Of a stretch of 64,000 bases of DNA, positions 32,901 to 46,924 are shown piece by piece; the stretch's first letter is position 1; the number at the start of each line of letters is the position of its first letter. The position numbers and the translations under genes are program-made. Source of the stretch: Oopsacas minuta (taxonomy: Eukaryota; Animalia; Porifera); NCBI GenBank assembly GCA_024704765.1, contig JAKMXF010000144.1, forward strand, positions 62,001 to 126,000, written 5' to 3'. A model generated the notes under the pieces. The model had not been told where the DNA came from and did no database searches. It was given only the letters and a program-made list of their open reading frames with translations.

Positions 32901-35900
32901 GACGCGAACCTCAAACAGCTGTTAGCCCAGGGAGTCTCAGAGGAATTTAATCTTAGACCGGGGGACCTAACTCTTATCCGTTGTAAGATAGTACACAGGG
33001 AGATACAGGATGAAGTTGCGGAGCTACGAGCGCACCTCATGCATCGGAACCTGGAGGCACTGGTCCGGTCCGCCCGTCTGTCTCTGGACGCTCTGAGACG
33101 CCGTATCACTGTATCAAGCATGATAAGCTACGGAGAGACAGACTCAAAGAAGGATCAGCCCCCTGCCTTCAGAGCTCAGCTGATTCTAGCTCTCCCAAAC
33201 ATTGAAATGCGTCCTGCACTAGACGAAATACAACAGACAGTCAATAGGGCCGCTCTGACTATTATTTCTATTTTTAAACAGATACCAGTCTGGGGTCAGG
33301 CCGATATGAAGAAGGGTACAGAAGTGGAGAAAATATCACTTATGAGGGGACCGTCCCTTGGACAGATGACATCACAGGTGTCAAATACTGATGGGGGGAC
33401 AAGTCGTATCCGCTTGGATGGAAGTATTAGAGTTAAGAATTATTATCGGTCTGTTTCTGAGCACAAAGAGGTAGCAAAGTTAGTTTCTATCCTAACGTCT
33501 GGGATAAATTCCACAAAAAGTCTCGTAACCAGGGCAACAGCTTCCTTCCAGAAGTATGCACACGTATGGAATGTGGACAGAGACAAGAGGATCACAGAAT
33601 TCCTGGAGGCAAGTCCTCATCTATCAGACTTCAAAGCTGAAATAATCTCATTCCAGGTAAGTAATAAATATATTTTAATTGGTTCCAATTGGATCTAACA
33701 CCTTTTCTAGAAGCTTGAGATCTGTATCCTTGAGGAACCTGAACGTGTGGATGTAGGAGCAGTCGCCCTGTACATAGAGGACCTCAAGGTGTCCTTAGAG
33801 TCTGAAGCTAAGAACTGGAAACTGGTATTCGGACGTGCTCTAAACCAGAACTACTGTCAATTAATGGATCAGATATTATCAAAAATTGAAGATTTCAACA
33901 CAAGACTCTCTCGTGACATCAAAGACCTTGATGACGTCAGAATGTCGATGGCTTGTCTGAAGGAATTGAGGGAGAATGAAATATTCATAGACAGTTCCAT
34001 AGGACCGATAGAGGAGAGCTATTCTATGCTTAATAAGCACGGCATACCCGCACCTCGGGACCAAGTGGAGAGGGTTGACACCTTGCGGTATCAGTGGGAG
34101 AAGGTCAAATCTCTATCTGGTAACGTCCAATCACACCTTATCACTATACAGCCACAGTTCAAGGACTCCTTGATAACTCAGATCGGGACTTTTGCGACCG
34201 AGAGTGACGGATTCTTTTCTGATTACTCTAGCAGAGGACCAATGGTTGATGGTATTCCTCCTCGTGAGGCGTCGGGGAGACTACAAGAGTTCCAGATGAG
34301 CTTCGACACTCTCTGGAGGAGTTTCCAGACCTGCTCCGATGGAGAGGAACTGTTCGGACTCAGTAAGACCCCTTATCCAGAGCTGGAGAGGATCCGTAGG
34401 GAACTCAATCTATTACAAAAACTCTACAGTCTATATAACACAGTGATGGATAGTATTGATGGTTACTATGATATTCTGTGGACAGATGTTGATATTGAAA
34501 AGATAAATTCAGAGCTGTTAGAGTTTCAAAACAGATGCAGGAAACTTCCAAGGGTAAGTTATGTGTGTGCCACTCTGCCACTTGAAGTGGTTTAACACCG
34601 TCTCACAGGGTTTGAAGAATTGGCAAGCATTCGAGGAGTTGAAAGGAAAGATTGATGACTTCAATGAGACCTGTCCGATCCTAGAAATGGTGGCTAATAG
34701 ATCCATGTTAGATCGCCACTGGAAACGAATTGAAGAGGTGACAGCTCACAAATTTGACGTGGAGAGTGAAGGCTTCCAACTGAGGAACATCATGGAAGCA
34801 CCCCTGCTCAAATTTAAAGAGGATATTGAAGATATATGTATATCAGCTGTAAAGGAGAAGGATATAGAATCTAAGCTGAAACAAGTCATCGTTGACTGGA
34901 ATACACAGGTGTTTACTTTTAATGGTTTCAAGAACAGAGGAGAGCTTTTGCTGAGGGGGGAGGATACCGGAGAGATCATTTCGCTTATGGAGGACTCTCT
35001 AATGATACTAGGGTCCCTCATGTCCAATCGGTACAACGCTCCCTTCAAGAAGAACATACAATTATGGGTACAAAAGCTGTCCAATTCTTCAGAGATTATT
35101 GAGAAATGGCTTGTAGTACAGAACCTATGGGTAAGTTCATCATAGCAATATTTGTAGCAAGTAATATACCGTATTTTGTATGTAGGTATACCTTGAAGCC
35201 GTGTTTGTTGGAGGAGACATTGCCAAACAGCTGCCAAAAGAGGCCAAGAGGTTCTCAAATATTGACAAGTCCTGGCTTAAGATTATGTCACGGGCACACG
35301 AGACTTCTAATGTGGTCACCTGTTGCGTGGGGGACGAGACGATGGGCCAACTGCTCCCTCACCTCTTGGAACAACTTGAGTTGTGTCAGAAATCTCTTAC
35401 AGGGTATCTCGAGAAAAAGAGGCTCGTATTTCCAAGATTCTTCTTCGTCTCAGACCCTGCCCTTCTTGAGATATTGGGACAGGCGTCTAACTCTCACACT
35501 ATTCAAGCACATCTCCTTAACGTATTCGATAACACAAAAACCGTAACATTTCATGAGAAAGATTATGACAGAATTCTACAAATAAACTCAAGAGAACCAG
35601 AGACTATTGATCTTGAGAATCCTGTTCTTGCTACTGGAAATGTTGAGCATTGGTTGGGTGCTCTCCTTAGAGAATCTCAGAGTTCAGTTCATTGCGTCAT
35701 CAAGCAGGGCGCCATTGCTATAGACGATCCGAATTTCTCACTTCTGGAATTTGCAGAAGGATTCCCCGCGCAGGTTGGGATATTGGGTATCCAAATGTTG
35801 TGGACAAGGGACGCAGAGAATGCCCTCATCAGTGCTAGATTGGACAAGCGGATAATGGTCACCACTAACCAGGCCTTCCTTGACATACTGAACATGTTGA

Positions 35901-38900
35901 TTGACCAAACCACACGGGACCTGACCAAGATTAATAGAATACGATTTGAGACCCTCATCACCATACACGTACACCAGAGAGACATATTTGACGATCTGGT
36001 TAAGATGCACATTAAAACACCTAACGACTTTGAATGGTTGAAACAGAGTAGATTTTACTTCAAAGAAGATATCAACAAATGCATTATATCGATAACAGAT
36101 GTGAATTTCATATATCAGAACGAGTTTATAGGCTGCACCGACCGATTGGTTATAACACCTCTCACTGATAGGTGTTACATCACGCTAGCACAGGCACTGG
36201 GTATGGCACTAGGGGGTGCACCCGCTGGACCAGCAGGTACCGGTAAAACTGAAACTACTAAGGACATGGGGAGGTGTCTGGGGAAATATGTTGTTGTGTT
36301 TAATTGCTCAGATCAGATGGACTTCAGAGGTTTAGGTCGTATTTTTAAAGGGCTCGCTCAGTCCGGTTCTTGGGGATGTTTCGACGAATTCAACAGGATT
36401 GAATTGCCCGTGTTGTCAGTAGCAGCTCAGCAGATTGCGGTGGTCCTAACCTGTAAGAAAGAGCGGAAGATTCAGTTTATATTCACAGACGGAGATATCG
36501 TGGATATGAATCCGGAGTTCGGTCTCTTCCTGACAATGAACCCAGGTTATGCTGGTAGACAAGAACTCCCTGAGAATCTAAAAGTTAACTTCAGGACAGT
36601 AGCAATGATGGTACCAGACAGACAAATCATTATCAGAGTCAAATTAGCCTCTTGTGGTTTCCTAGAGAATGTGCTCCTCGCCAGGAAATTCTTTGTACTC
36701 TACAAACTATGTGAGGAACAGCTGTCGAAACAGGTTCATTACGATTTCGGTCTCAGAAATATCCTGTCCGTATTGAGGACACTTGGTGCCTCGAAGCGAG
36801 CAAACCCCCAAGACTCTGAGAGTACTATAGTCATGAGGGGACTAAGAGACATGAATCTGTCCAAGCTAGTGGATGAGGATGAACCTCTGTTCCTCTCTCT
36901 AATCAATGACTTGTTCCCAGGGATCGTTTTGGAAAAAGCAGGCTACCCAGCTTTAGAGGAAGCGATATCGAACCAAGTGACAGCTGCAGGACTAATCAAC
37001 CATCCCTCATGGAGACTCAAGGTTATCCAGCTGTATGAGACACAAAGTGTCCGTCACGGATTCATGGCACTCGGTCCCTCCGGCACTGGTAAAAGTTGTT
37101 GTATTTCTACGTTGATGCGTGCCATGTCTGACTGCGGAGAACCTCACCGTGAGATGCGAATGAATCCTAAGGCTATCACTGCTCAGCAAATGTTTGGACG
37201 ATTGGATGTGTCGACTAACGATTGGACAGATGGTATTTTCTCGACCCTCTGGAGACGGACCCATAAGGCTAAGAAAGGTGAGCATATTTGGTTGGTGTTA
37301 GATGGACCAGTGGACGCAATCTGGATCGAAAATCTCAATTCAGTCCTGGACGACAACAAAACCTTGACACTAGCTAATGGCGACAGAATTCCAATGCACC
37401 CAGCTTGTAAAATTGTGTTTGAGCCACACAATATAGACAATGCTAGTCCTGCCACTGTGTCGCGTAATGGAATGGTATACATGAGTTCATCTGGCCTCAA
37501 TTGGTGCCCGATCCTAGACGGCTGGCTCACGAGTCGTAGCCCCGGAGAGGGTGAGATCTTTAGGGAACTGTTTCACACGTCTTATCAAGAATTATACGAC
37601 TTCGCATCGACCACACTCCTTTCTAAGATGAGCCTACTACAGTCTATGTACGTGTCACAGACCATAAGTCTGCTTCAGGGCCTCATCCCTGACCGAGAGG
37701 ATGGGACCCCTCACTCCAGGGGCACTCTAGAGCATTTGTATGTGTTTGCAGTTATGTGGAGCATCGGTGCTCTATTGGAGTTAGACCATAGGGAGCGATT
37801 GGAGGCGTTTATGAGGGAAAAAACTGGATTAGACGTTCCTAATTATGATGAAGGTTCAGGTGACACAATATTCGAGTATATGGTCGACACAGACGGCTCC
37901 TGGCGTCACTGGCAGAACCTGGTGGAAGAATTCATCTACCCTTCCAACTCTGTCCCCACATACGCTTCAATACTCATACCAAATGTGGACAATGTCCGTA
38001 CAGACTATCTGATTCACACCATCTCGAAGCAGCGGAGAGGTGTGTTACTCATTGGGGAGCAAGGAACTGCTAAAACTGTAATTATCAAGGGATACTTAAA
38101 CAAGTACGATCCAGAAGAACACCTCCAGAAGGCATTTAACTTCTCCTCAGCTTCCACTCCAGGAATGTTCCAACGGACAATTGAGAGTTACATCGACAAG
38201 AGGGTTGGTACAACATTTGGCCCCCCAGCTGGTAAAAAGATGAGTATCTTCATTGATGATATAAATATGCCAATTATTAACGAGTGGGGCGACCAGATCA
38301 CTAACGAAATCACGCGCCAGACCATGGAAATGAGAGGTTTCTATTCTCTTGATAAACCTGGCGAATTTACGAATATTGTAGACATTCAGTTTGTGGCAGC
38401 AATGTGCCATCCGGGTGGGGGGCGAAACGACATTCCTCAGAGACTCAAGAGACAGTTTGCCATCTTTAATTGTACCCTCCCTTCTAACGCTTCTATTGAT
38501 AAGGTGTTTGGTGTGATTGGACAGGGATACTTTTGCACACAGAGAGGTTTCACACCTGAGATTGTAGAATTGGTTCCACAGTTGGTGATATGCACCCGAT
38601 TATTATGGCAGGCGACTAAAATTAAAATGCTACCAACACCAGCTAAGTTCCATTACGTATTCAATCTCCGGGACCTCTCTCGTATCTGGGAGGGGATGCT
38701 CAACGTCAGAGGGGACATATGCTCCACCCCAGACGTGTTACTGGCCCTCTGGAAGCACGAGTGTATGCGGGTGGTAGCAGACAGGTTCACTAACTCTGAG
38801 GACAAACAGTGGTTCGCTAAGAATTTGAATCGCATATCTCAAGAACAGATAGGAGAGGATCTAGCCCAGAAGATACCAGATGAACCCTACTTCGTGGACT

Positions 38901-41900
38901 TCCTGCAAGAAGCTCCAGAGACAACTGGAGAGGAGGAGGATGGGGACCTTGAGGCGCCAAAGATCTATGAGCCTATTCCTAGCTGGGCCAATTTACAGGT
39001 AACTCTTAGTACAAATCCCTGCTTTATACAAATATGAATATTTTCACACTTTTAGGAGAGACTAACACAATACATGCTTCAATATAACGAGACGGTTAGA
39101 GGCGCCGGTATGGATCTAGTTTTCTTCAAAGACGCAATGATCCATCTAATCAAGATCTCCCGGATCATCCGAACAGACAGAGGGAATGCTCTCTTGGTTG
39201 GAGTTGGGGGCTCTGGTAAACAGAGTCTCACCCGTCTGGCCTCATTCATTGCGGGGTATAGGACATTCCAAATAACCTTATCCCGAACTTACAACGTGAC
39301 GAATCTCATGGATGATCTCAAGACACTATACAAGGTAGCGGGTCTACAGGGTCACGGTATGACATTTATATTCACAGATAATGAGATCAAAGATGAAGCA
39401 TTCCTGGAATACCTAAACAACGTGCTGTCGTCTGGAGAAGTGTCAAATCTATTCGCGAGGGATGAGTTGGACGAAATCCGGTCTGACCTGATCCCCATCA
39501 TGAAGAAGGAATTCCCAAGACGGCCTCCTACCCCTGAGAATCTCTACGACTACTTCATCAACAGGGCCCGACAGAACCTTCACGTGGTCCTCTGTTTCTC
39601 ACCGGTGGGAGAGAAGTTTTGTAATCGATCCCTCAAGTTCCCCGGTCTCATTTCCGGATGCACGATGGACTGGTTCTCTCGCTGGCCTAAAGACGCACTC
39701 ATAGCTGTCGCTAAGCACTTCATTAAAAACTTTAAGGTAAGTCACTACTCATGTGCCACATGGATTGGTGTTAATTGTGTCATTTAGGTGGACTGTTCTG
39801 ATGAAGTACGTACAGAGGTAATTCAGACGATGGGATTGATACAAGACTGTGTCGCAGAGGCGTGCACAGAGTACTTCGCCCGATACAGACGAGTGACACA
39901 TGTGACACCTAAATCCTATCTCTCATTCTTATCGAGCTACAAAACTGTATACACAGAGAAGAGTAAAGCTCTACAGGAACTTGCGGACAGGATGGGATTG
40001 GGATTGGATAAATTATTAGAGGCACAAGCATCAGTAGAGCTCCTTCAGAAGGAACTAAATGTCAAGGAGAAGGAACTGGCGGTGGCTAACGTAAGGGCAG
40101 AGAAGGTCCTTCAAGAGGTGACAGTGTCCGCTCAGGCAGCTGAAAAGGTCAAGACAGAAGTACAGGTTGTGAAGGATAAAGCTCAGGCTCTGGTCAATGT
40201 TATTGAAGCGGAGAAATCTGTCGCGATGGGTAAATTATCCGCCGCCAAGCCTGCTCTGGAAGAGGCCGAGAGAGCTCTCCAGACAATCCAGCCTGGACAC
40301 ATTTCTACCGTCCGTCGACTAGCTAAGCCCCCTCATCTAATCATGCGCATCATGGACGGAGTATTGCTTCTCTTCCAGAGGAAGATAGATTTAGTCCAAC
40401 AAGACCCCGAAAAGCCATGTGTGAAACCCTCATGGGGTGAGGCCCTGAAGCTAATGAGCGGTGGTAGTTTCCTGGGCGACCTGCTGCGATTCGAGAAGGA
40501 CAAGATTACAGAAGAGACCGTAGAGCTAATGGACCCGTATTTACGGATGGAGGACTTTACATACGAATCCGCTAAGAGAGTTTGTGGTGACGTAGCTGGT
40601 CTGTGTTCATGGACTAGAGCAATGGCTATATTCTATTGGATAAACAAGGAAGTAATTCCGCTTAAGGCTAATCTAGCTGTACAGGAGAGTAAGTTAGGGA
40701 AGGCACAAGATAAGCTGGACGTAGCTCAAGCACAGCTGGACGAGAAGGAGAAAGAGCTACAGGCTGTGCAAGCTATGTATGATAAGGCTATGAAGGAGAA
40801 ACAAGAGTTACTAGACGATGCGGAGACCTGTAAACGGAAGATGAACGCCGCGACAGCTCTCATAAGCGGGCTAGGGGGCGAGAAGGAGAGATGGACCCGA
40901 CAGAGCAAGGAGTTCCAAGGACAGATCAAACAGCTGGTGGGGGATGTGGTGCTGGCTACAGGCTTCCTGTCATACGCTGGTCCCTTCAACCAAGAGTTCA
41001 GGAACAAACTCCTTGACACCTGGAAACAAGAACTAACTGGTAGACACATTCCATTCTCCAACAATTTGGATCTAATCACTATGCTAACCGATCAAGCTAC
41101 AATATCAGAATGGAACCTCCAGGGTCTCCCTAATGATGAGCTATCGGTACAAAATGGGATCATTGTCACCTCAGCCTCAAGGTACCCTCTCCTTATTGAC
41201 CCTCAAGGACAAGGCAAGATATGGATCAAGAATAGAGCAGGGTCTGAACTACAGCTGACTAGCTTAAACAACAAATATTTCCGTCAACATATGGAAGACG
41301 CCCTGTCTCTTGGTCGTCCCCTATTGATAGAAGACGTAGGGGAAGAACTGGACCCTGCCCTTGACAATGTGTTAGAAAAGAATTTCATAAAATCAGGAAG
41401 CAGTCTTAAAGTCAAAGTTGGCGACAAGGAGATTGATGTCATGAAGGGATTCATGTTATACATCACTACTAAATTCCCTAATCCTACCTATACACCTGAG
41501 GTGTTTGCGAGGACTGGTATCATTGACTTCACAGTTACCATGAAGGGTTTAGAGGACCAGTTATTAGGACGGGTTATCCAGACTGAGAAGGCTGAGTTGG
41601 AGAGTGAGCGTCTCGCACTCTTAGAAGATGTGTCCGCTAACAAACGGAAGATGCAGGAGCTGGAGGACAACTTGTTGTACCGGTTGACCAACACAAAGGG
41701 ATCTCTAGTGGACGATGAGAGTCTGATTGAGGTTTTAAGGGTGACGAAATCAACCGCAGAAGAGGTGGGAGAGAAGCTCCGCATAGCTGCTGAGACAGAA
41801 ATCAAAATCAACACAGCCCGCGAGGAGTTCAGACCTGTGGCAGCACGTGGTAGCGTCCTGTACTTCCTAATGTGTGAAATGTCTATGGTTAATTGCATGT

Positions 41901-44853
41901 ACCAGATAGCCCTCAACCAATTCTTGGAGCTATTCGACAACTCTATGCATCGATCACAAAAGAGTCCGATAACCGCAAAGAGGATCACGAGTATCATTGA
42001 TTACCTTACATTCGAGACGTTCTGTTACACGTGTAGGGGACTATATGAGGAACACAAGCTCCTGTTCACACTCCTATTGACACTAAAAATAGACATGCAA
42101 AAGGAGAATGTGAATTTTAAAGAATTCCAGACGCTCATCAAAGGGGGGGCTGCCTTGGATCTGAATGCGGTGCAGGCTAAACCGGCCAGATGGATTGAGG
42201 ACATGATTTGGCTGAATCTGGTGGAGTTGAGTAAACTGCCACAATTTTCTGGGATTTTAGAACAAGTGGCACGAGGTGACAAAAGTTGGAAGAGTTGGTT
42301 CGATGATGAAGCCCCCGAGGAGGCAGTGGTACCGGATGGATACCAAAAGTCACTTGACACCTTTCGGCGGCTGTTATTAGTCCGCTCCTGGAGTCCGGAC
42401 AGGGCTATGGTGCAGGCAAAGAAGTACATAGCTGAGTCGATGGGTCGTAGGTATGCAGAGGGCGTTATACTAGACATAGAAAAAATGTGGGAAGAGAGTC
42501 ACTACCGTGTTCCCATGATTGGTCTCCTCTCCATGGGATCAGACCCTACTCACACCATCGAGTCCTTGGCTAAGAAGCGGAACATAGACTGTCGTGCCAT
42601 CTCCATGGGACAGGGACAAGAGGTACATGCGAGACGACTCATGAGCCAATTCATGCAGGGAGGCGGATGGGTCTTGTTACAGAACTGCCACTTGAGTCTT
42701 GACTTCCTTGATGAATTATTAAACACTGTTATTGAAACTGAAAGTGTCCACGATGTGTTCCGTGTTTGGATAACCACAGAGGTACATCCTAAGTTCCCCA
42801 TCAACCTATTACAGATATCAATAAAGTTCACAAATGAACCCCCACAGGGGATCAAAGCTGGACTCAAAAGGACCTATGCGGACATATCACAGGACCAGCT
42901 AGAGATCTCAAACCTCCCCCAGTGGAAACCGATGCTATATGGTCTCGCTTTTCTACACACCACGGTACAGGAGAGACGAAAATTCGGACCGCTAGGATGG
43001 AACATTCCTTACGAGTTTAACCAATCAGATTTCATGGCTACCATGCAATTCTTCCAGAACCATCTGGACGATATGGACCTCAAGAAGGGGGTCTCTTGGA
43101 GTACAGCTAGGTACATGATAGGAGAGGTCCAGTATGGGGGGAGAGTCACAGATGACTATGACAAGAGGCTACTTAACACCTTCGCTAAATCATGGTTTGG
43201 GGAGCACATGTTCCAACTCACCTTCTTGTTCTATAAAGGATACAACATTCCTGTTTGTAAAACAGTTGCAGACTACATGGATTTTATCGATAAGCTGCCA
43301 CTCCAGGACACACCAGAGGCATTTGGCCTACACAAGAATGCTGACATAACTTACCAGAATAATACAGCTAAAGAGGTCAGTTGTTTGTTTTGTTTTGTCA
43401 TCTACGTCACCTTTCAGAGGTCAATTTATCTGTAATTTTGGGTGTTTCTGTCGATACAAAGGGATAGTACTATCATAACCGAATTAGTATCCTTATTGGC
43501 TATAATAAAAGGTGTGAAAATGATAAATTATTACCATTTTTGTATATACAGCGGAAGCCGCTTAATCGGGACTCGGATAATCGGGATATCCGCTTCAACG
43601 GGGACAATGATTTGGGAACAGATTTTTTACCCCCGATTAACCGAATATGAACTTTATTTATTCCGAATGATTGTAAGATGGTTTGTTTACAAAATAAGGA
43701 ATTTTAATATTCTACAACCATAACAATACAAAACCGATACAATTGCAATTTACAAACTAAGATTACTAACTCTGCTCACCCCCTCTATAATCAAGATTAG
43801 GAGTGATAAGATATTTCTGGTTATGATCTGAGACCATTGATCGGGACAAAACATTGACTCCCGAGCTGTCCCCATTAAGCGGCTTCCACTGTACTTCGAA
43901 AATATGTATTATTATGGTTGTACAATGAATGTGATTGATTCATAGAAATATGTCCACAACAGGTGATGGGTACAATTCTAAGTATTCAGCCAAAGGACTC
44001 ATCAGCTGGTTCCGGTGAGACCCGCGAGGATGTAGTCTACAGGATGGCAGAAGACCTACAGAACAAGCTCCCCCCTGAATTCATACGCCATGAGGTGCGG
44101 GCAATGCTTCATAAAATGGGACACCTCCACCCACTGAATATTTTCCTGCGTCAAGAGATCGACAGGATGCAAAGGGTGATCTCTGCGGTCCGTGTGACCC
44201 TCAAGGACCTCAAACTAGCTATCGAGGGTACAATAATTATGTCAGAGAATTTGAGGGACGCTCTGGACTCCATGTACGATGCTCTCGTCCCTAAGAGCTG
44301 GAAGAAGATCTCATGGGAAAGTGCTACCATCGGGTTCTGGTTCACAGAGTTCCTGGAGAGACACACGCAATTTCACACCTGGGTGTTCCAAGGGAGACCA
44401 CACCAATTTTGGATGACAGGGTTCTTCAATCCTCAGGGATTCCTCACCGCCATGAGACAGGAGGTCACACGTGCTCATAAGGGCTGGGCACTTGATAGCG
44501 TCCTACTCTTTAATGAGGCTACTAAGATGACACGAGAAGAGGTCACATCGCCCCCTCAAGAGGGTGTATACGTATATGGATTGTACCTAGAGGGTGCAGG
44601 ATGGGACAGGAGGAACTGTAAATTGATAGAGTCACAACATAAGGTACTATACGTACAAATGCCAGTCATACACGTGTATGCTATCAATTCCTCAGACGCT
44701 AATAAGGACAATAATAAATTGTACCCCTGTCCTCTTTATAAAAAGCCAAGGAGGACAGATCTCACCTACATATCTGCCCTCTTCCTCAAGACCGCCCTCC
44801 CTCCTGATCACTGGACCATGAGAGGTGTTGCTCTACTCTGTGATAACAAATAA
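29902..44853 (+). CDS. DNAH5: Axonemal outer-arm dynein heavy chain, DNAH5/DNAH8 (gamma) class; 10 coding exons
   Basis: N1 domain [18 protein letters not shown]; P-loops [38 protein letters not shown]; stalk; C-terminal [11 protein letters not shown]. Nine GT-AG coding introns (31153, 31687, 32096, 33657, 34554, 35131, 38999, 39737, 43376). DNAH5 versus DNAH8 cannot be separated. Confidence 0.92.
31824..31857. other. Intronic 11-bp perfect hairpin
   Basis: GTGGTCATTTG (31824-31834) / CAAATGACCAC (31847-31857), 12-nt loop, inside dynein intron 2. Confidence 0.75.
43549..43891. mobile_element. 343-bp Tc1/mariner (pogo/Tigger-like) MITE in last dynein intron
   Basis: 24-bp TIRs CAG(C/T)GGAAGCCGCTTAAT(C/G)GGGAC with 2 mismatches; TA at 43547-48 and 43892-93 (TSD); internal ATCGGGA repeats; no transposase. 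Confidence 0.9.
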
Positions 44854-45040
44854 CTAACTAACTATTGTGTTGTCATGTTGTAATACCCTTGTCGATTATC
44901 ATAATTATTACACGAATACTAGTCAGGTTGATTATTCATATTTTAACACCCTTGTACAGGGGACATAACATATAATCACATAATACATACCATGAATCAT
45001 AGCATATACACGACCAATTCCCCTAATGTGTTATGTACCA

Positions 45041-45054
45041 GTTTCCATGGTTAC
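45041..45054 (-). promoter_or_regulatory. RFX X-box upstream of VPS37
   Basis: Reverse complement reads GTAACCATGGAAAC, 80 nt before ATG 45135. Confidence 0.5.
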
Positions 45055-45134
45055 CTCGTAGGTATTTGGCTGCACCCCTCAGCGAGGAAGGCAATCATTG
45101 AAAGGACTTTGTACCTTCACTAATTAGATTAGCA

Positions 45135-45790
45135 ATGAGTAGTGTAGACAAAGTAAATCAGCTGACTACACAGGAACTAGAGGAGATGATGAACACCTCT
45201 GATGAGAGCACATTCCATCTGTTCCTAAATGAGGACCAAGGGGTAAAGAGACTCAAAGGTGAGAGGGAGAACATTGAGAAGGACACCCTCCTGGTCGCTA
45301 GAGAGACCCTTAGTCTAGAGAATAAATTCAATTCTGACCGAGAGCGTTTGATAGAGAGCTGTCAGACGTATGCAGCACTGAAAAATGAATTTGAGAGTCA
45401 ATTGGGGACTCTCAAGACTATTCTATCAGGTATGAATCATTTGTGTCACTTTCCTCACCTTGTATGTAATTACTGTGTGCTTTAGGCACCAGTTCTGAAG
45501 AGGTATTACAACAGCTGAGAAAATTATCTGAGCAGAAAGAGGACCAGTCGGAGGAGGTTACAGAAATGTTCCTCTCCGGAAAATGTTCTACTGAACAATT
45601 CTTGAAGGACTTTATTGATAAGAGAAGAGATTCTCATATTTTCAGAGTAAAGAGCGAACACCTGTCAAAAGTAATCCGCAAGGACCAGACCGGGCGACCC
45701 AGGACCGCTGGCTTCAGTCCCAATCCCCCCATATTCCCTGCCCCACACCCTCCTCCCTACCAAAACAGTCCTGTTGCCCCTCAATGGTGA
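45135..45790 (+). CDS. VPS37: ESCRT-I subunit VPS37 (Mod(r) domain), two exons
   Basis: LTTQELEEMMN...coiled coil...SEEVTEMFLSGKCSTEQFLKDFIDKRRDSHIFRVKSEHL; Pro-rich tail. Confidence 0.8.
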
Positions 45791-45911
45791 CTTAATTAGA
45801 TTAGAAGAATCTATTTTGACACTTCTTGTAATATATTATTGGTTATTATCCATGGTACTTTCAAATAGAATTATAGAAATATAAATTAGTTAATATTTGG
45901 ATTAGTTAAGA

Positions 45912-46515
45912 ATGGCAGAAAGTGGCACAGGATTAGATGAAGTGGTTCCTGACACATTGGATGCTGTACCCTCTCACCTTGTGACGGTAGAGTACACAGG
46001 AGGCCTTAAGGTGGAGACAGGGTGCGTGTTAACACCCACACAGCTCAAGAATCGTCCCGTTTGCATAAGTTGGCCAACAGACGGGGACAATCTATACACC
46101 CTAATGATGATAGACCCAGACGCTCCTAGCCGAGCAGACCCTAAATACCGTCACTGGCTGCACTGGCTAGTGGTTAATATTCCTGGGTGTAAAGTGGGAG
46201 AGGGGGAGGAACCATTCGAGTACATAGGGGCTGGACCACCAAAGGGGACTGGTATTCATAGGTCAGTTACAAGTAAGATTATATTCCATAGTTACCATTA
46301 TTCTCTTTAGGTATGTGTTCGTAGCTCTGAAACAAACAGGCAACATAGTGTATGAGGGGACCAGATGCACCAGCAAGCAGATAGAGGGAAGGGGAGGATG
46401 GCAGAACAGAGAATTTATTTCTAAGCACTCTCTCCTGCCCGTGGGTGCTAATTACTTTAAAGCTGAGTGGGATGACTATGTACCTGTCCTATACGCTTCT
46501 CTATCTGCCAAATAG
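45912..46515 (+). CDS. PEBP1: Phosphatidylethanolamine-binding protein (RKIP family), two exons
   Basis: LTPTQLKNRP, YTLMMIDPDAPSRADPKYRHWLHWLVVNIPG, YIGAGPPKGTGIHR|YVF, AEWDDYVPVLY. Confidence 0.93.
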
Positions 46516-46693
46516 ATATTTATTTATTTAAGTTATAGTTCATATTAGAATTTATTTATTACTTATATTTAACACCTTATTGCGACCCATTATTATTGTA
46601 CCCCTATTGGCCTAATGCGACCCCAAGGGTTACATTTCCTTTTATAGTAAATCTGACCTATGCCTATTGTGTATTAGCCAATCAATTGTTAGT

Positions 46694-46870
46694 ATGACAC
46701 GTGGTAATCAGAGAGAACTGGCTAGAGCTAGAGCAGCGAAGAAGGACGCCGGTAAGGGTGGGAAAGGTGCCGCCAAACCAGGGGACAAGGGGGTCAGTCT
46801 AGAGGCGCGTAAACAGAGGGACGCTGATATTATGCGGGCAAAGCAAGAGGCGTCAAAAGCAAAGAAATAA
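46694..46870 (+). CDS. SERF: Small EDRK-rich factor
   Basis: MTRGNQRELARARAAKK...RKQRDADIMRAKQ; ATG at 46694. Confidence 0.93.
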   Translation: MTRGNQRELARARAAKKDAGKGGKGAAKPGDKGVSLEARKQRDADIMRAKQEASKAKK

Positions 46871-46924
46871 ACAATTTTGTGTGAATTAATAAGTTACAAA
46901 GTTACAAAGTGTTTCTTGGAATGT

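Noticed and set aside
32228-44366. Many 60-170 aa antisense ORFs over the dynein (and over CDK11, GSAP, NKRF and others)
   Set aside because: These are shadow ORFs of long coding exons with no motifs of their own.
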